DNA from: the human T2T-CHM13v2.0 reference genome, Homo sapiens
NCBI RefSeq assembly: GCF_009914755.1
Contig: NC_060930.1
DNA length: 64,000 bases
Direction: 5' to 3' (one strand)
A program made the translations under genes and the position numbers. This document shows, in pieces, positions 1 to 17,750 of the stretch. Numbering within the stretch: the first letter of the stretch is position 1; every line of letters begins with the position of its first letter. The notes beneath the pieces were generated by a model. It did no database searches. It saw only the letters and a program-made list of their open reading frames with translations, and had not been told where the DNA came from.

Positions 1-75
1 GCCTCTGAGAGTTAAACATTTACAGGCCACTGCCACATCTGCTCCTTTCTTTCCTTCACAAATTGTGAGAAGAAC

Positions 76-500
76 CAAGTTAGCATTAGGTTGACCTGTG
101 AGTGACAAAAACCGAATAGAACAATGGCTTCCTAGATGGAAGTCCATTTCTCTCTGACAGAAACAAAGTCCAGAGCCAGGCAGGCAGCTCGGGGCTGGGA
201 CAGCTCCGCCTTGCTGCCTCACTGTCTTTGATGCATGGCTCTTTGTGATTTAGGATGACTGCTCAGGCTCCATGTTCAGGCCAAGGGGAAAGAGAAGGAC
301 AAAGAAATACACACCCCATCCTAGTAGGTCCACAGACAGAAGTAACCCGTAACATTTCTGCTCATTTCAAATAGGTTGGAAGGAAGTCTCTCTGCCACAT
401 CTGGCTGCCAGGGAGGCTTAGAGCCCTGTTGCTTCCTGCAGGCAGCCATGTGCCCTGCTGGGGGCTGAGAAGGGGAGGACAGGGGCCGGGGGGCAGCTGA
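76..500 (-). mobile_element. Old MaLR LTR fragment (MLT1 family, approximate bounds)
   Basis: Degenerate 'ttagcattaggttg...gtgacaaaaacc...aacaatggctt...atttctctct' resembles the MLT1I/J/K-type terminus; recalled consensus. Confidence 0.45.
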
Positions 501-877
501 GAAGCCAGGTGGGATTCGAGAACATGTAGGGGAGAGGGAGAACTGGTGTTGGTGTGATGGGAATGAGCATAGTTTGTGGAACTCTGGGGGAGCTGACTGG
601 AATAGAAAATTAAAAATACTGACAAATGAGGTTAAATAAACAAGGTGGAAGCCAGAGCTCAGTGAGGGACCAGGAAAGCAGACAAAAGAATCTTTATCTG
701 CTGCCACTAGACACCGGAGGCACTGAACTTTCCAGCAGGGGAGCTACATGATCAGAGGCATTTCAGAAATGTTAATCTCACACTTAAGTGCTAGACAGAT
801 TGGAGGCAGGAGGAAAAACAGGAAGCAGCAGGGAGGTTGGAAAGGAGAATTATTTCATAAGCCAGGTGTGAGGTGAT

Positions 878-1951
878 TATCGGGGAACCTGCCCCATTAG
901 TCACGTAGGTTCTTTTCTATTTTCCTAAGCATCGGCCAGTTTGAGAAATAAAGGGACAGAGTACAAAAGAGAGAAATTTTAAAGCTGGGCATCCGGGGGA
1001 GACATCACATGTTGGTAGGTTCCGTGATGCCCCGCAAGCCGCAAAACCAGCAAGTTTTTATTAGGGATTTTCAAAAGGGGAGGGAGTGTGTGAATAGGTG
1101 TGGGTCACAGACATCAAGTACTTCACAAGGTAATAGAATATCGAAAGGCAAATGGAGGCAGGGCGGGATCACAGGACCACAGGACCGGGGCGAGATTAAA
1201 ATTGCTAATGAAGTTTCTGGCACAATTGTCATTGATAACATTTTATCAGGAGACAGGGTTTTGAGAGAAACTGGTCTGACCAAAATTTATTAGGCAGGAA
1301 TTTCCTCTTCCTAATAAGCCTGGGAGCGCTATGGGACACTGGGGTCTATTTCACCCCTACAGCCTCGACCATAGAAGATGGCCACGCCCAGGGGGGCCAG
1401 TTCAGAGACCCACCCCCAGGCGTGTATTCTCTTTCCCAGGGATGTTCCTTGCTGAGAAAAAGAATTCAGCAATATTTCTCCCATTTGCTTTTGAAAGAAG
1501 AGAAATATGGCTCTGTTCCGCCCAGCTCACCGGCGGTCAGAGTTTAAGGTTATCTCTCTTGTTCCCTAAACATTGCTGTTATCCTGCTCTTTTTTCAAGG
1601 TGCCCAGATTTCATATTGTTCAAACACATATGCTCTACAATTTGTGCAGTTAATGCAATTATCACAGGGTCCTGAGGCGACATACATCCTCCTTGGCTTA
1701 CGAGATGACAGGATTAAGAGATTAAAGTAAAGACAGTCATAGGAAATCACAAGGGTATTGACTGGGGAAGTGATAAGTGTCCATGAAATCTTCACAATTT
1801 ATGTTTAGAGATTGCAGTAAAGACAGGCATAAGAAATTATAAAAGTATTAATTTGGGGAACTAATAAATGTCCATGAAATCTTCACAATCCACATTCTTC
1901 TGCCATGGCTTCAGCTGGTCCCTCCGTTTGGGGTCCCTGACTTCCTGAACA
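878..1951 (-). mobile_element. MER11 solo LTR (HERV-K HML-8 LTR; about 1.07 kb, length fits MER11C)
   Basis: Minus strand reads TGTTCAGGAAGTCAGGGACCCCAAACGGAGGGACCAGCTGAAGCCATGG...GGTTCCCCGATA; internal repeat gtccatgaaatcttcacaat (about 1779, 1870); flanking duplication GTGAT(T) at 873-877 and 1952-1956. Confidence 0.9.
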
Positions 1952-2097
1952 GTGATTACATGGGGACAATGGGAATGAGGAGGAAGAATGAGAGGCATTT
2001 GCTAGAAAATGTATTCAAACTGATGGCTGGTCTGAAAGGGAGTTGTAGGCTGGGGTGATGAGAGACAGGTCTCATAGCAACAGGGTAAACAAAGTAA

Positions 2098-2742
<645 letters not shown>

Positions 2743-2748
2743 GCAGCA

Positions 2749-3120
2749 GGTGTTTTAGATTGGGCTACCTTGAAGCAGAACCTGGGGTGGGGACTTTTGT
2801 TCAAGAGATACACTGCGGGAGGCTCTCAGGAGAAAGACTGAAGAAAACAGGATAGGGAAGGGAAAAAGGCTAAGCAAGGATGTGAGCTTCAGCCTGAGCT
2901 CATGGGGAAGCTCAGGGCAGCAAATTGCACCAGTCAATTGCACTTGGAGGCATGGGGGCTGGCGTTTTGTAGATCTGCTTTAAGGTCAGGCAGCCACTGG
3001 GAGTCTGTCCAGAGTGTGTGCAAGGGAGGAGGGCTTGGCTCCTGTTTGGCCCAGGGCAATTCTCCAGAAAAGGGGACAATTGTGTGTGGTTATCAGCTGA
3101 TATTCCCAAAAGCTGGAAAG
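2749..3120 (-). mobile_element. LTR16-like ERVL LTR fragment
   Basis: 'ttgggctaccttgaagcagaacctggggtggggacttttgttcaag...' resembles the LTR16 family; old and diverged. Confidence 0.5.
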
Positions 3121-3329
3121 TGAGTGGACTCACTGGTGAAAAGGACCTGAGCCCAAACAGTGTCCATGATAGTGAATCCATTTTGGTTGTGTTGGATTTG
3201 AGGTGGCAAAGAAATAAGGAACTGGCATGTGACTGCGGGAAATTGGAGCTACAAGACAGGAGTTCAGGTGAAAAGATAGGACTAGGTATGTAGCTATTGG
3301 AGTGGGGGACTTCGGCGCACAGATGATAG

Positions 3330-3675
3330 GGTTTTTTGTTTGTTTGTTTGTGAGGGTTTTTTTGTTTGTTTGTTTGTTTGTTTGTTTGGAGAGAGGGTCT
3401 TGCTCTGTAACCCTGGCTGGAGTATAGTGGCATGATCATAGCTCTCTGCAGCCTTGACCTCCCAGGCTCAAGAGATCGTCTCACCTCAGCTTCTTGAGTA
3501 GCTGATACTACAGGTGTATGTCACCACTCCCAGCCAATTTTTTAAACATTTTTTTAGAGACTGGGGGTCTCACTGTGTTGCCCAGGCTGGTCTCAAATTC
3601 CTGGGCTCAAATGATCCTGCTGCCTCAGCCTCCCAAAGTTTTGGGATTATAGGTGTGAGCCATGGCGCAGGCCTA
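3330..3675 (-). mobile_element. AluJ with (TTTG)n tail
   Basis: Reverse Alu with AluJ-type bases (ctcctgggctcaa, gatcatagctc). Confidence 0.85.
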
Positions 3676-3898
3676 GATGATAGTTTAAACAAGAGGGAAT
3701 TTGTATATTTGTCACTTTGGGGGTTGCTGGTGGCCTTTGAAGGAAGAGTTTCACAGCAGGACAGAGTACAAAACCATATGGTGACGTGAGGTCTAGTAAT
3801 GCTTTCCACAGTTAATGTCCTTCCATTCTGACTAACTCTTAACACCTCTAGGGTACTTTCTCCTTCGACTTATGTGCTGCTCATTCTGGCTTGTCCTC

Positions 3899-4625
<727 letters not shown>

Positions 4626-5544
4626 ACCTGGAGTGTCAGTCATGGGACAAGGAGAGCAAGTGGAAAGGGGCACCCAACTTTGGAAAATACCATCGGCCAC
4701 ACTCTATTGGAGCCTCCATTTGCTTTTTATGAGTGGCCTTCATTTATTTAGCTGTCATTGGGTCAACAATAACAGCAACTTGAGGAACCTCTTGAGGGCA
4801 GGGATCAGGCCTGTTACGTTTGTTTACTTTATCTTTATATCCTGAGCATTGGCCCAGGAATAAGTATCTGTGGAAGGACGGGATCCTTCTAAGTCTCTCA
4901 TCTATTTTTCATACACGGCATCATTTAATTCTAAACTAGCTGTCATTACCATTTCACAATTGAAGAAACTGAGGCTTAGAGGCGCAAATGGTCTCTCTCA
5001 GATGACTCAGGTCTTCTGGGTTGATGTGGCTTTTATTAAGAACTTGTTGTCTCCAACAGCAAATAGCATTCCTAGGGGCTGGGGCTGTTTCTTCAAGGCC
5101 CCTGCCTCTGCACCCTGGTAGCAGCACAGGCCTAGCTGTAGGGCTGTGGACAGCGTGCCCTCGGCTGCTTACTGACTGGTTGGCATTTGATACATATGAT
5201 GATTTAACATGAAGATTTAGTGTGATTTTGCATCTCTTCATGGGAGCAGGGTCAGGACCAGGTCCTGTTGCGGAATTCAGCTTTGGGGCTGGGTAGAAGA
5301 CTGGGATGAAGTTGCTCCTCATCTCTGTGCCCTGGCTATGAGCAGGCAGCACCTGGGTCAGGAGTGTGAGGTGAGTGGGTGATGCTAAGGAGGGTTCAGG
5401 TGGAGCAGTCAGACTGTGCTGAGTAACTCCCCTGGAGGGGAAGGGGGACGTGGTGGAGGCAGTTCCTGGAGGCCCAGCTCAGAGCGGAGAAAGGAGCCAA
5501 TTACCACCTCCTCCCAAGTCACATCCCAGCCCTGGGAATACTTC

Positions 5545-5790
5545 ACAGGCTCCGGGGAAATCCCGGCCAAGTGGCAGAGTGGGTGGTGGGGTGCTTATCA
5601 CTCATGATCAGGAGTGGGTGGGGGCGGATCTTAGAGCTTGCATCAGGCCTCAATTTTCCAACTCCTGCCTGTGATCCACCCCCGCGCCCACTGCACACCA
5701 CCAACCAACCTTTGACTTTATCTCTTTAGTTGATTTCTCAGAGATTGCAGATCAGGAAGGGCCTTTGGAAACCACAGCTTCCACTTCCGC
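5545..5790. promoter_or_regulatory. Candidate enhancer: NF-kB, GATA, CACCC/GC-box, RUNX and ETS motifs
   Basis: GGGAAATCCC 5555-5564; CTTATCA 5594-5600; GGGTGG repeats and GGGGCGG about 5621-5627; ACCACA 5771-5776 next to CTTCC. Motif evidence only. Confidence 0.3.
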
Positions 5791-6499
5791 TGTGGGGGCA
5801 GAAAGCACGGGACAATCTAACCCTTTCGTGCCTGGAAAGTAACAAGGAGGACTCTGCCCTTACCAGGTTCCCAAGGTCCTGTACCAGCCCCACAGGGACT
5901 GCTGAGGGGAGCTTTTTCTCTCTGGTTCCTCATCCTCTCCTCTACTCAGGTGTAGGCTGTCCCTGCCTAGTTGGTCTGACAGTAGCTCCCTGCGACTTCT
6001 CATATCACCTCCGACTCCCCAGCCTCACCTCCACGGGCCCTGATGCACTGGCTTCGGCTGTGTCTTTTGTGAGTCATCCTTGCTGCTTTGTTCCAGCCCC
6101 ACTGATGGACCTCCTGCCCTCCCCCATGCAGGACTTAGTCACCGCTCGTGTCATCAATCCCTCTGGAATGCACCCCTCCTCCAGACACCCATGCTCCCCA
6201 CATCCTTTATTATTTTGTTAAAACTAGCAATGCCCCCCCCAACCCCCATGATTAAAATAGTACATGTTTGTTGTGGGAAATCTGTAATATGCAAAATATA
6301 CACAAAAGAGAATAAAAAGCACCAATAATTCCATAACCCAAATTAGCTAACATTACATTCCGGTGGATTTCCATCTGGCATTCTCCTCGCCAGAACTCCG
6401 TCCAGCTTCAGGCCTTCATGTGTGCTTATTGCTTCTTTTACCTGCAGTCATGCTCTCTGTCTCTCCCCTCCTTCAATCTGTGAGCAAATCTACTCATCC

Positions 6500-7570
6500 T
6501 TATTATTTTAAGGGTCATTCTTTCAGAGAAACCTTCCCTCTACCCCCAAGCTAGTCTCTTTATTACACACTCACAATACCCAGTACTTTTCCTTGTAGCA
6601 CTCACCACAACTAGAAATAAATCATCATTTTTGTCCTCTTGTGTTTAATGTCTGCCTAGCTACCTGACGTAAGGTCTGTGACTGGTTTTCTTGTTTACTC
6701 TGATGGCCCTAGCACCCATCACAGTGCCCTGTACTCAGAAAACATACATCATACCCAGATGCCTTCCCGGAATAACCATGTGCCTGTCTTCCCAGCACTT
6801 ACAATAATCAATTTAACAAATATAATTAATCAATTACTATGTGCCTGGCTTGGTTTCAGGTACAGGATACCAAGCAAAATGACCCAGTTCTTACCCTCGA
6901 GGAGGTCTCAGTCTTTTGAGGGAGACAGATCAGTAATGGAAGCTTTCTAATGTACAGCTAAGTAAACGGTGATCAATAGTGTTAGGTAAAGTGTGGAGGA
7001 GAGGTCCGTGAACAATCCTGGGGAGATGACACTATTGTTTTATCTTGTTAATGCATTTACTTCACAGAATCACAGGATAATGGAATTGGACGGCACCATG
7101 AGATCAGCAGGCCCATCTCTTCCTGTACAGATGAGGAAACTAAAGTGGTGAAGGGTAGTGAAGCCACTTAGCCAAAGCCATTGGGTGACAGATCTGGGAA
7201 TAGAACTTGGATCTTTAGATTCCCAGCCCAGGGCTCTTTCCACTGTACCTGGGGGCCTTTGGACTCCCCCTCCCCTCTCCTCTTATTCTGTTAATCCCCA
7301 AGTCCTTTGATTTTCCCCATGAAGGTCTCTCCAATCTCTCCACTTTTCCTCATCCCCACATCACCAGGCTCTAAGCCTCCAACATCATCTCCAGCCTGAG
7401 CACCTACCCTCACCTCCTACCTCATCTCTCTGCTTCTAGTCTTGCCCTGCTCAGATGCCTTCTCCACTCTGCCGCCAAAATGAGCCTCACAGATGTACGC
7501 ATGTCTGTCCCTGGCTTAGAACTCCAGTGGCTTCCCACCAGGCTTTTAGAAATATACTCAAAATTCTTAT
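6500..7570. mobile_element. Ancient L2 and MIR fragments
   Basis: MIR core 'acagatgaggaaactaaag' about 7127; L2-like 'ccagtggcttccc', 'cacagtgccctgtac'. Confidence 0.55.
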
Positions 7571-7574
7571 ATGG

Positions 7575-8597
<1,023 letters not shown>

Positions 8598-9641
8598 GTA
8601 GGGTCCACTGGGCCTTTTTTGGTTGAGCCCACCTTACCAGCCTCTTCTAAACCCAACTCACCTCTCTGTCTGTACGCTTTTATATCTTGGAATTTTTTTG
8701 GTTCCTCCGACTTGTCTGGATCTCTTGTAGCTCAGGTTCCCCCTCCCCCTGCTCTGATGTTTTTATATTTTCATCATTTTCAAGTCTCAGTTTGAACATT
8801 AGCTTCTAGGAGAGGCCTTCCCTGATCTGCATCCTGTGTTAGGTCCTCTGGCTATACATGCCTATGGTACCCTGAACTCCACCTTGTGTAAGAGTCACCA
8901 CCTCAGTCCTGTGTGTTTCATATCTGTCCTTCTGAGCTCCACAAGGCAGGAAGATCTCTGTCTGGTTGGTTGCAGTATCCCCAGGGCTAGCACAGTGCCT
9001 GGTGCCTACTAAGCAGTCAAGATTAACTTTTACTGGTAGATGCTCAATACATTTCCATTGACCTGAGCTGTCCTCAGAGAGTATATGTATTTTGTTGTCT
9101 AATTTGGGTTGAAATCTCTCAGAAGGGTCCTATCTGTTCCTTACTTGAAATCTCCTATCCCGTGCCCATCCTGGGCTCCTTCATTCAGGAAACATTCCCA
9201 TAAATGATTATTAACTGATCTCCCTACAACTTTCCCAACATGTATCACATTTGAAGGAACAATCATATTTAAAAGAATATGTTACATAGCAGGACAGTTT
9301 ATTATGAATGTCATGTAACAACAATCTACTGAGAATTAAAAAGAAACTAAAGTGTTCCTCTCCTCTCCCACCTCTGGGCAACCAGGACTTCATTTCTTTG
9401 AAATTGTGGATTTCCTGACCCCTGAGGTGTTTGGCTTTTTGTGTATGTTTTAGAAGGAACAGAAAGAATCAGGCTGGGTGGGGCTGTAAAGGAAACCCAC
9501 CCTAAGCAGGCCTCGTTTTGGAAGAGCTGGAAAGATACCTGTGGTGCCAGATGGTATGAGAGTACAGGGTGTGAGGGCAGGAGCCTACTTCTTGGTTGAC
9601 TCTTAGACTTCCATGGACTCATGGAAAAGAGAAGGGGTGCA

Positions 9642-9938
<297 letters not shown>

Positions 9939-9939
9939 T

Positions 9940-10850
9940 CAGAATGGTGGTTAGTTTGGAGTGAGGTGGGCAGGAAAGAGGGTGCTACATATTGACTGCA
10001 AGGGAAACAAGGGAGACTCCTGGGTTGAAGCTATCTTGTCTAGATGGTGGTTAAATGGGTAAATATAAATGTAAAAGCTCATCGGGTTTGTTTCCTGCTG
10101 ATAGCCAATTAGTTAATTAATTTAATTTAAAAAAACTAATTGGGGCCAGGTACACCGGCTCATTCCTGTAATCCCAGCACTTTAGGAGACTGAGGCAGGA
10201 GGATTGCTTGAGCCCAGATGTTCAAGACCAGTCTGGGCAACATGGTGAAACCCTGTCTCTGCAAAAAATACAAAAATTATCTGGGCATAGTGGTGCACGC
10301 CTGTAATCCTAGCTGCTCAGGCTGAGGCAGAAGGATCACTTGAGCCCAGGAGGTTGAAGCTGCAGTGAACCATTATCATGCCACTACTCCAGCCTGGGCA
10401 ACACAGTGAAACCTTGCTTAAAAAAAGAAAAGAAAAGGAAAAGGAGAAAAACATCAAACTGCATACATTTTTAAAATGAAAAAAGGAAACAAATTACTGA
10501 CACATGCAATGACTTGGATGAATCTCAAAGGCATTACGCTGAGTGAAAAAAGTTCTCAAAAGTTACAGACTGTATGATTCCATTTATGTGACACTTTTGA
10601 AAAGATAAAACGATAGCAACAGAGACTAGATCAAAATAGCAAAATAGCAGGGAGTTTGTCGGGGGCAGGAAAGAGGATGGGACTACAAAGGGGTAGCCCG
10701 AGGGAGTGTTTTAGGCAGTGGAGCTATTCTGTTTCAGTGGTGGTGATTACATGATCGATTGTGGTGATTACATGAATCTTTACACATGTGAAACTCATAG
10801 GACTGTCCACTGAAAAAAATCAATTTTACTTTATGTTAATTTTTAAAATA
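9940..10850 (+). mobile_element. Old L1M 3'-end fragments with an AluJ (about 10144-10450)
   Basis: 'cacatgcaatgacttggatgaatctcaaaggcattacgctgagtgaaaaaag...ctgtatgattccatttat' is typical L1MC/MD/ME 3' UTR. Confidence 0.7.
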
Positions 10851-11827
10851 AAATTATTTTTAATTAAGAAGAGACCTTCTAGCCCCTCAATAGCGCAGAG
10901 GAGTTCCTGAAAGGAGGCGCTAAGGAACTGGCTACCCTGGAAAAGGCATACCACCTTCCCCGCCTTGCCCTGTACCAGGCCTGGGGATCTTCCTGGGCCC
11001 TCTGTGGTTCTCACTCTCCTTCCTTGTCCTCCTGCTGGGCCAGAGTGACCCACACATCCCCTCCTTTAGCATCTAAGTCTCGGGGTCTAGGAAGCCAGTG
11101 TGCTTTGCTCACTCCTACGTCCCCGGTCCCTGAGACACAGGTACGAGGTGGTTGCTCATTGACAGAGTGAAGGAATGTTCTAGCACCAGGCCTGATCCGT
11201 CTTGGCACACTCCACAGGCTTTTCTATGTTTAGCCTCCTTTCCAGCTGCCCAGAGGACACGCCATAGCTGGGAGACATCACTGTCGAGGTGTGGGTCACA
11301 AGCTTACCCCTCCCATGAGGCAGGGTTACCAGCTTTCCTATCGTTTGAAGAATTTAGCAATCTGAGTTTATTATTGCTGTCATTCTAATTTTGAAATACA
11401 TTTTTATTATACAAGAAAATCTGTTCAATTAAAAAAAAAACAGTTAAAAAAAAAGGGAGATCCGGTCCCACTTCCCAGACTCATAACTGTTACTAGATCC
11501 TTCTCTATCTATCTAGAAACATTTATGTGAAGGTAGGCATGTATGTCCACATATATGCAACAGATATGATTGTCCCACAGCTCCTGGGCTACAAGTAATG
11601 TCTTGTTTCTTTGTGGACTCACTCAAATAGACTCTGGGTCCAGCCCTGCCCACCACTGACTGGAACTCCAGTGTCAGACAGTTTTCAGGCTCCCTCCCTC
11701 AGGTCATACAAGATGCCCAGACTGATGCAGTACTGATGAAACGGAAGAGTCTGTTCCTCTGGCCACATGGTCAGCACTTGCCAGCTGCTTGCCCAGGTCG
11801 GTGGGGACCATTATGAGTCAGGCTGCT

Positions 11828-11980
11828 GGTGGGGTGTGGTGGCTCACGCCTGTAATCCCAGCACTTTGGGAGGCCAAGGTGGGTGGATCACCTGAGGACA
11901 GGAACTCCTGACCTAAGTGATCTGCTCTCCTTGGCCTCCCAAAGTGTTGAGATTACAGGCGTGAGCCACTGCGCCTGGCC
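11828..11980. repeat. Palindromic fusion of two Alu left-arm 5' ends (inverted repeat, about 75-bp arms, 2-nt spacer)
   Basis: + strand Alu 5' end up to CAGGA, then AC, then TCCTG and a reverse Alu 5' end to 11980. Confidence 0.9.
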
Positions 11981-12029
11981 TATTCTGACTTCTGTTACCA
12001 TAAATTGGTTTTGTCTGGAAGGTTTCTAA

Positions 12030-12838
<809 letters not shown>

Positions 12839-13546
12839 AGGCCTAGCATCTTAAAAACCCAGTGGAGGGGAAGGTCACAGTCCTAGGAATCAAAAGGCAT
12901 GGGTTCACTTCCTCTCTCTGATATTTGCTGCATGTTCTTGAACAAACTATGTAAACTTCTTGAGCCTCAGCTATTTCATCAGTAAAGTGGGAACAGTAAC
13001 ATCCACTGTGATTATCAGACCTATTTTTAAATACTTGAGGCCCTCTTTCCTTCAAAGGGTGTAAGAAAATTGAACTTTGCCACTCCATTTAACTCCTACC
13101 CACTAATCCAGGCGTGGCTACGTGACTTACTGAGGCCAATTAAAATGGTGCCTTCTAGGTGGAAGTTTTAAAAGCTAGTGTATGCTTTTCCACATTTTTT
13201 TTTCTCCTTCAACTATAGTAATTGGTGATATTCCACATAGTGGCTGCTCTGTCAACCTGGGTCCTGGAGTTAGGACAATGACAGCTCAGAGCAGAGCCTC
13301 GGCCAACCCACCATGGATATGTGGCAGGAGAGTCAATGAAGCTTTGCTGCATAAAAGCCATTGAGATTTGGGGGTTGTTTGTTACTGAAGCATAACCTAG
13401 CCTGCTTGGTTGATATACCACATTACACATTTATTACTAAGATTATGTGAAGTAAAATGTTTGGAACTTCTTGGTACATAATAAAGCTGATTTTCTTCCT
13501 TTCAGACTCTCCTTTTTTCTTTCTAAGAGTCATGAACCCAGGGATA

Positions 13547-13840
13547 CTTTTTTTTTTGAGACAGAATCTTGCTCTGTTACCCAGGCTGGCGTGCAGTGGC
13601 GTGATCATAGCTCACTGCAGGCTTCCCCTCCTGATCTTAAGTAATCCTCTCCCACCTCAGCCTTCCGAGTAGCTGGGATTGCAGACATACCCTGCCATAC
13701 CCAGCTGATTTTTTTATTTTTTGCAGAGACAGGGTCCCACTATGTTACCCAGGCTGGTCTTGAACTACTGGGCTCAAGTGATCCCCCTGCCTTGGCCTGC
13801 CAGAGTGCTGGATTACAGGCATGAGCCACCGCACCTGGCC
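13547..13840 (-). mobile_element. AluJ
   Basis: Reverse Alu, diverged. Confidence 0.85.
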
Positions 13841-14039
13841 CCCAGGAATGTTCTTACCAGCTTCTAACCCTGGCTAAAGGGCAATAGAACAGAGAGCCAC
13901 TCAACCACAAAAGAAAAAGGAAGAAGAAAGGATATAAAGCAACAAAGGTACAGAAATGTAATACAGAGGAAAGGAAAAGAAACAAAGTGATAAAGAAGGC
14001 GAGACAAAGTATAAAAACAGGGAAGAAAGAGGTACAGAG

Positions 14040-14425
<386 letters not shown>

Positions 14426-15316
14426 TCAGAAAAACAAAAGAAAACAAAAGGAAAAACCACTGAGGCAAAGGGAAACTGTATTTCTTGGAATTGTTGGCCC
14501 CAACCCCAGGCAAACAACATTTTCCCTTAAGACAAATGAACAAACAAACTTTGGCAAATAGAGCTTCTGGGTGTGCATTTATCAGTCTTTCCACTCGGTT
14601 TACTGGGCGCCTACTCTGTGCCTGACATTGTGCTTGGGCTGGCTTTACAGGGGCAACCAAGACCTAGTGCTGGCCTCTGCCTTCAAGGAGCCCCTAGACT
14701 GGTGTGAAACAGACACAAGAACAGTTGGGATTCAATCTGGCTTGTGCAATGATGGAAGTGCCAGGAGGAATTAAGGGAAGAGAAGGGGAAGCAGGCCCTG
14801 CAAAGGGGCTTTCTGGAAAATTTGAGCCTGAGTGTCTTGAAGGATAACTAGGAGTTAGCAATGGCAAGGTTTCTGAGGAGAAAGAGGGACCACGATGGGC
14901 AGAGGGGCAATAGGAGCCAGGTAGCTGCAGGTAGTCTGGGGTTGCTGGACCCTTGATGAGAGGCTGTGGGCAGCAGGAGATGAGGCTGGAGAGGGATTCA
15001 GGGTCCTATCACAGAGACTCAAATGTTAAGATGTTGGTCTTTAAGTGGATGGGCTCGGGGATATTTGGGCTGTTATGTGGGGAAGTGACATGGTCAGATT
15101 TTTAGCTAAATTGCTCTGCCTGCCATGTGGACAGTGTGTTGGGGCAGCATTTCTTTGCATGAGGTCTCTGGGGATTGGGCTGAATACCCAACCAGCCCAG
15201 GGCCTGCAAGTGGACAGGATGGCCTCTGGAAGAATCATCCTAGCCGCTGCTTCATCAGTGTCTCAGGGGAGTGATGGCTATCTGCGGTGGTGGCGTTGGG
15301 GTAAAAGAATTTACCA

Positions 15317-15655
<339 letters not shown>

Positions 15656-16889
15656 TTATTACAGTAATTAGGAAAACGCCAGGGTTGCAGCGAGGTAACT
15701 TGCATTTTTTTGTCAGCTGGGATGTCTGGAAAGTTGAAGTGTTTGATGGTAAGCAGGAAGTTTGTGAGTTCTGTTATCTGAGTAGGAGCTGGGGCTTGTA
15801 AAGCAGCCAACAGTTGAGCCTGCCTTTTGGCTCCGTGTTTGTTTTTTTCTTAGTCTTGTCCTCCTTATTTTGTTCTTGGTTATAAAGACTGAGGAGGCTA
15901 ATTTGGTAATTTTCTGCATAGGGGTCATGCTGTGTTATACAAGAAAATTAGATGTTTCTTTTTGAGAGTTTGGCGGTAGAATTTGTCACAATTCTTTACA
16001 GCCTAGAGGCAAGTTTGCAGGAACGGACGGGGTTTGCTCCATGGTGGGACTGGAAAACATGCCGCTCTGGGGCAATGTCAATCAGGGACATGAACTGCAC
16101 TTTTCTGCGGGGGGCATCTCACTGAGATGAACAGAGGGTTCCACTTACATCCACAGAGGGACTTGGATGCACTTTCCAAAGGGGGCATCCCACCAATTAG
16201 AAAAGACCTCCTGGCCGCTCAGGGGCCTCATGCTGGATGGCCAGTCCAGGCACTCACTTATGCTGGGTGATCAGCCCAGGCACGAGGAAAAAGAAGGGTA
16301 AAGGAAGATCTCTACCTGGTCTTGGCCCAGGAGGTGGGGTGGGTAAGAGAAGACTCACCATTCTGAGGCTGTCTGACATCACCTGATTTAGCAAGGCCCA
16401 GAACAGGATGGCTGGCTGACTCCATAGGTGAATTTAGAGTGAGAAAGAGAGCGTCTGAGTTACCTAAAACGTGTGTGAGTTTGCCCCGAACAAGCTTCTG
16501 CTGTCAATTGTGTCACATATAGGGATGAGGGACTTGCAATTAGAGAAGATGGGCAACAGCCTTTCTCCCTTCCAGGCAGGGCAGCTAGCCCTGTTCACTC
16601 TGGGCCTTCAGGCAACACTGGAGAGTGGCCCTGGCCAGTTACCTTTGATTGCCAGAGAGATACTAGAAGCTGGTTGCTGAAAGACTGAAAAAAGAAAAAA
16701 AGTCAGGTCACTCACCCAAACCAGGCAATGATGATCAGATGCTTCCACATGGACAGACACCTTTCAGTCTCACTGGAGTGTAGCTCTGGCCAGAGACCTG
16801 CAATTGTCTTTGTGCTTAGATGCTGTCCTTCGAGGGTCCCGAGTTGGGAAAGGGAAAGGAGAGAGAGTCCCTGTATGGAGAGGGAGAGT

Positions 16890-16907
16890 TCCCTGTATGG
16901 GCCACCA
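16890..16907 (-). other. Retroviral primer-binding site complementary to tRNA-Ile(AAU)
   Basis: + strand TCCCTGTATGGGCCACCA vs the tRNA-Ile(AAU) 3' end TCCCCGTACGGGCCACCA (recalled): 16/18, both mismatches CpG>TpG; 3 nt from the LTR edge. Confidence 0.8.
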
Positions 16908-17450
16908 AAATGTTTCAGGGGAGCAACGGCTATCTGGGCTGGCGGCTCAGGGGTAAGAGAATTTACCAAGACAGTTGTAGGTAGAGAAAGGCAAATTTAT
17001 TAGAGAAAGTAGAAAAACAGGAGAGCAATGGGCAGGAGAGCAACGGGCAGGCCAGCAGAAGAGGAGCTGACTGCAAGGAAACAAAGGCTTGTTGGGGATT
17101 TTGTAGGATGGCTCTTAGGCTGTAGAGTGTTATGTGCAGTACTGATTATGCCAGGGTAGCAGGGAGGTAACTTGCATTTTTTTTTTTTTTTTTGTCAGCC
17201 AGGGTGTTTGATAAATTGAGGTGTTTGATGGTAAGCAGAAGTTTTTGAGTTATGTACATTATCTGAGCAGGAGGGCCATATGTCTTGGGCCATTTGCCTC
17301 ATTTCTTTGCTTTCCCCTGGTCCCACCAGCCTGATTTGTTTTTTAATTATTACTCAACAGTGAGTGCTGTCACATGCTGGGCATTGTGCTATGTGCTCTA
17401 TGTGGAGTAACTCACTTACTGTCCCCCTATCCCCCAAGACCATCCTGTGA

Positions 17451-17750
<300 letters not shown>

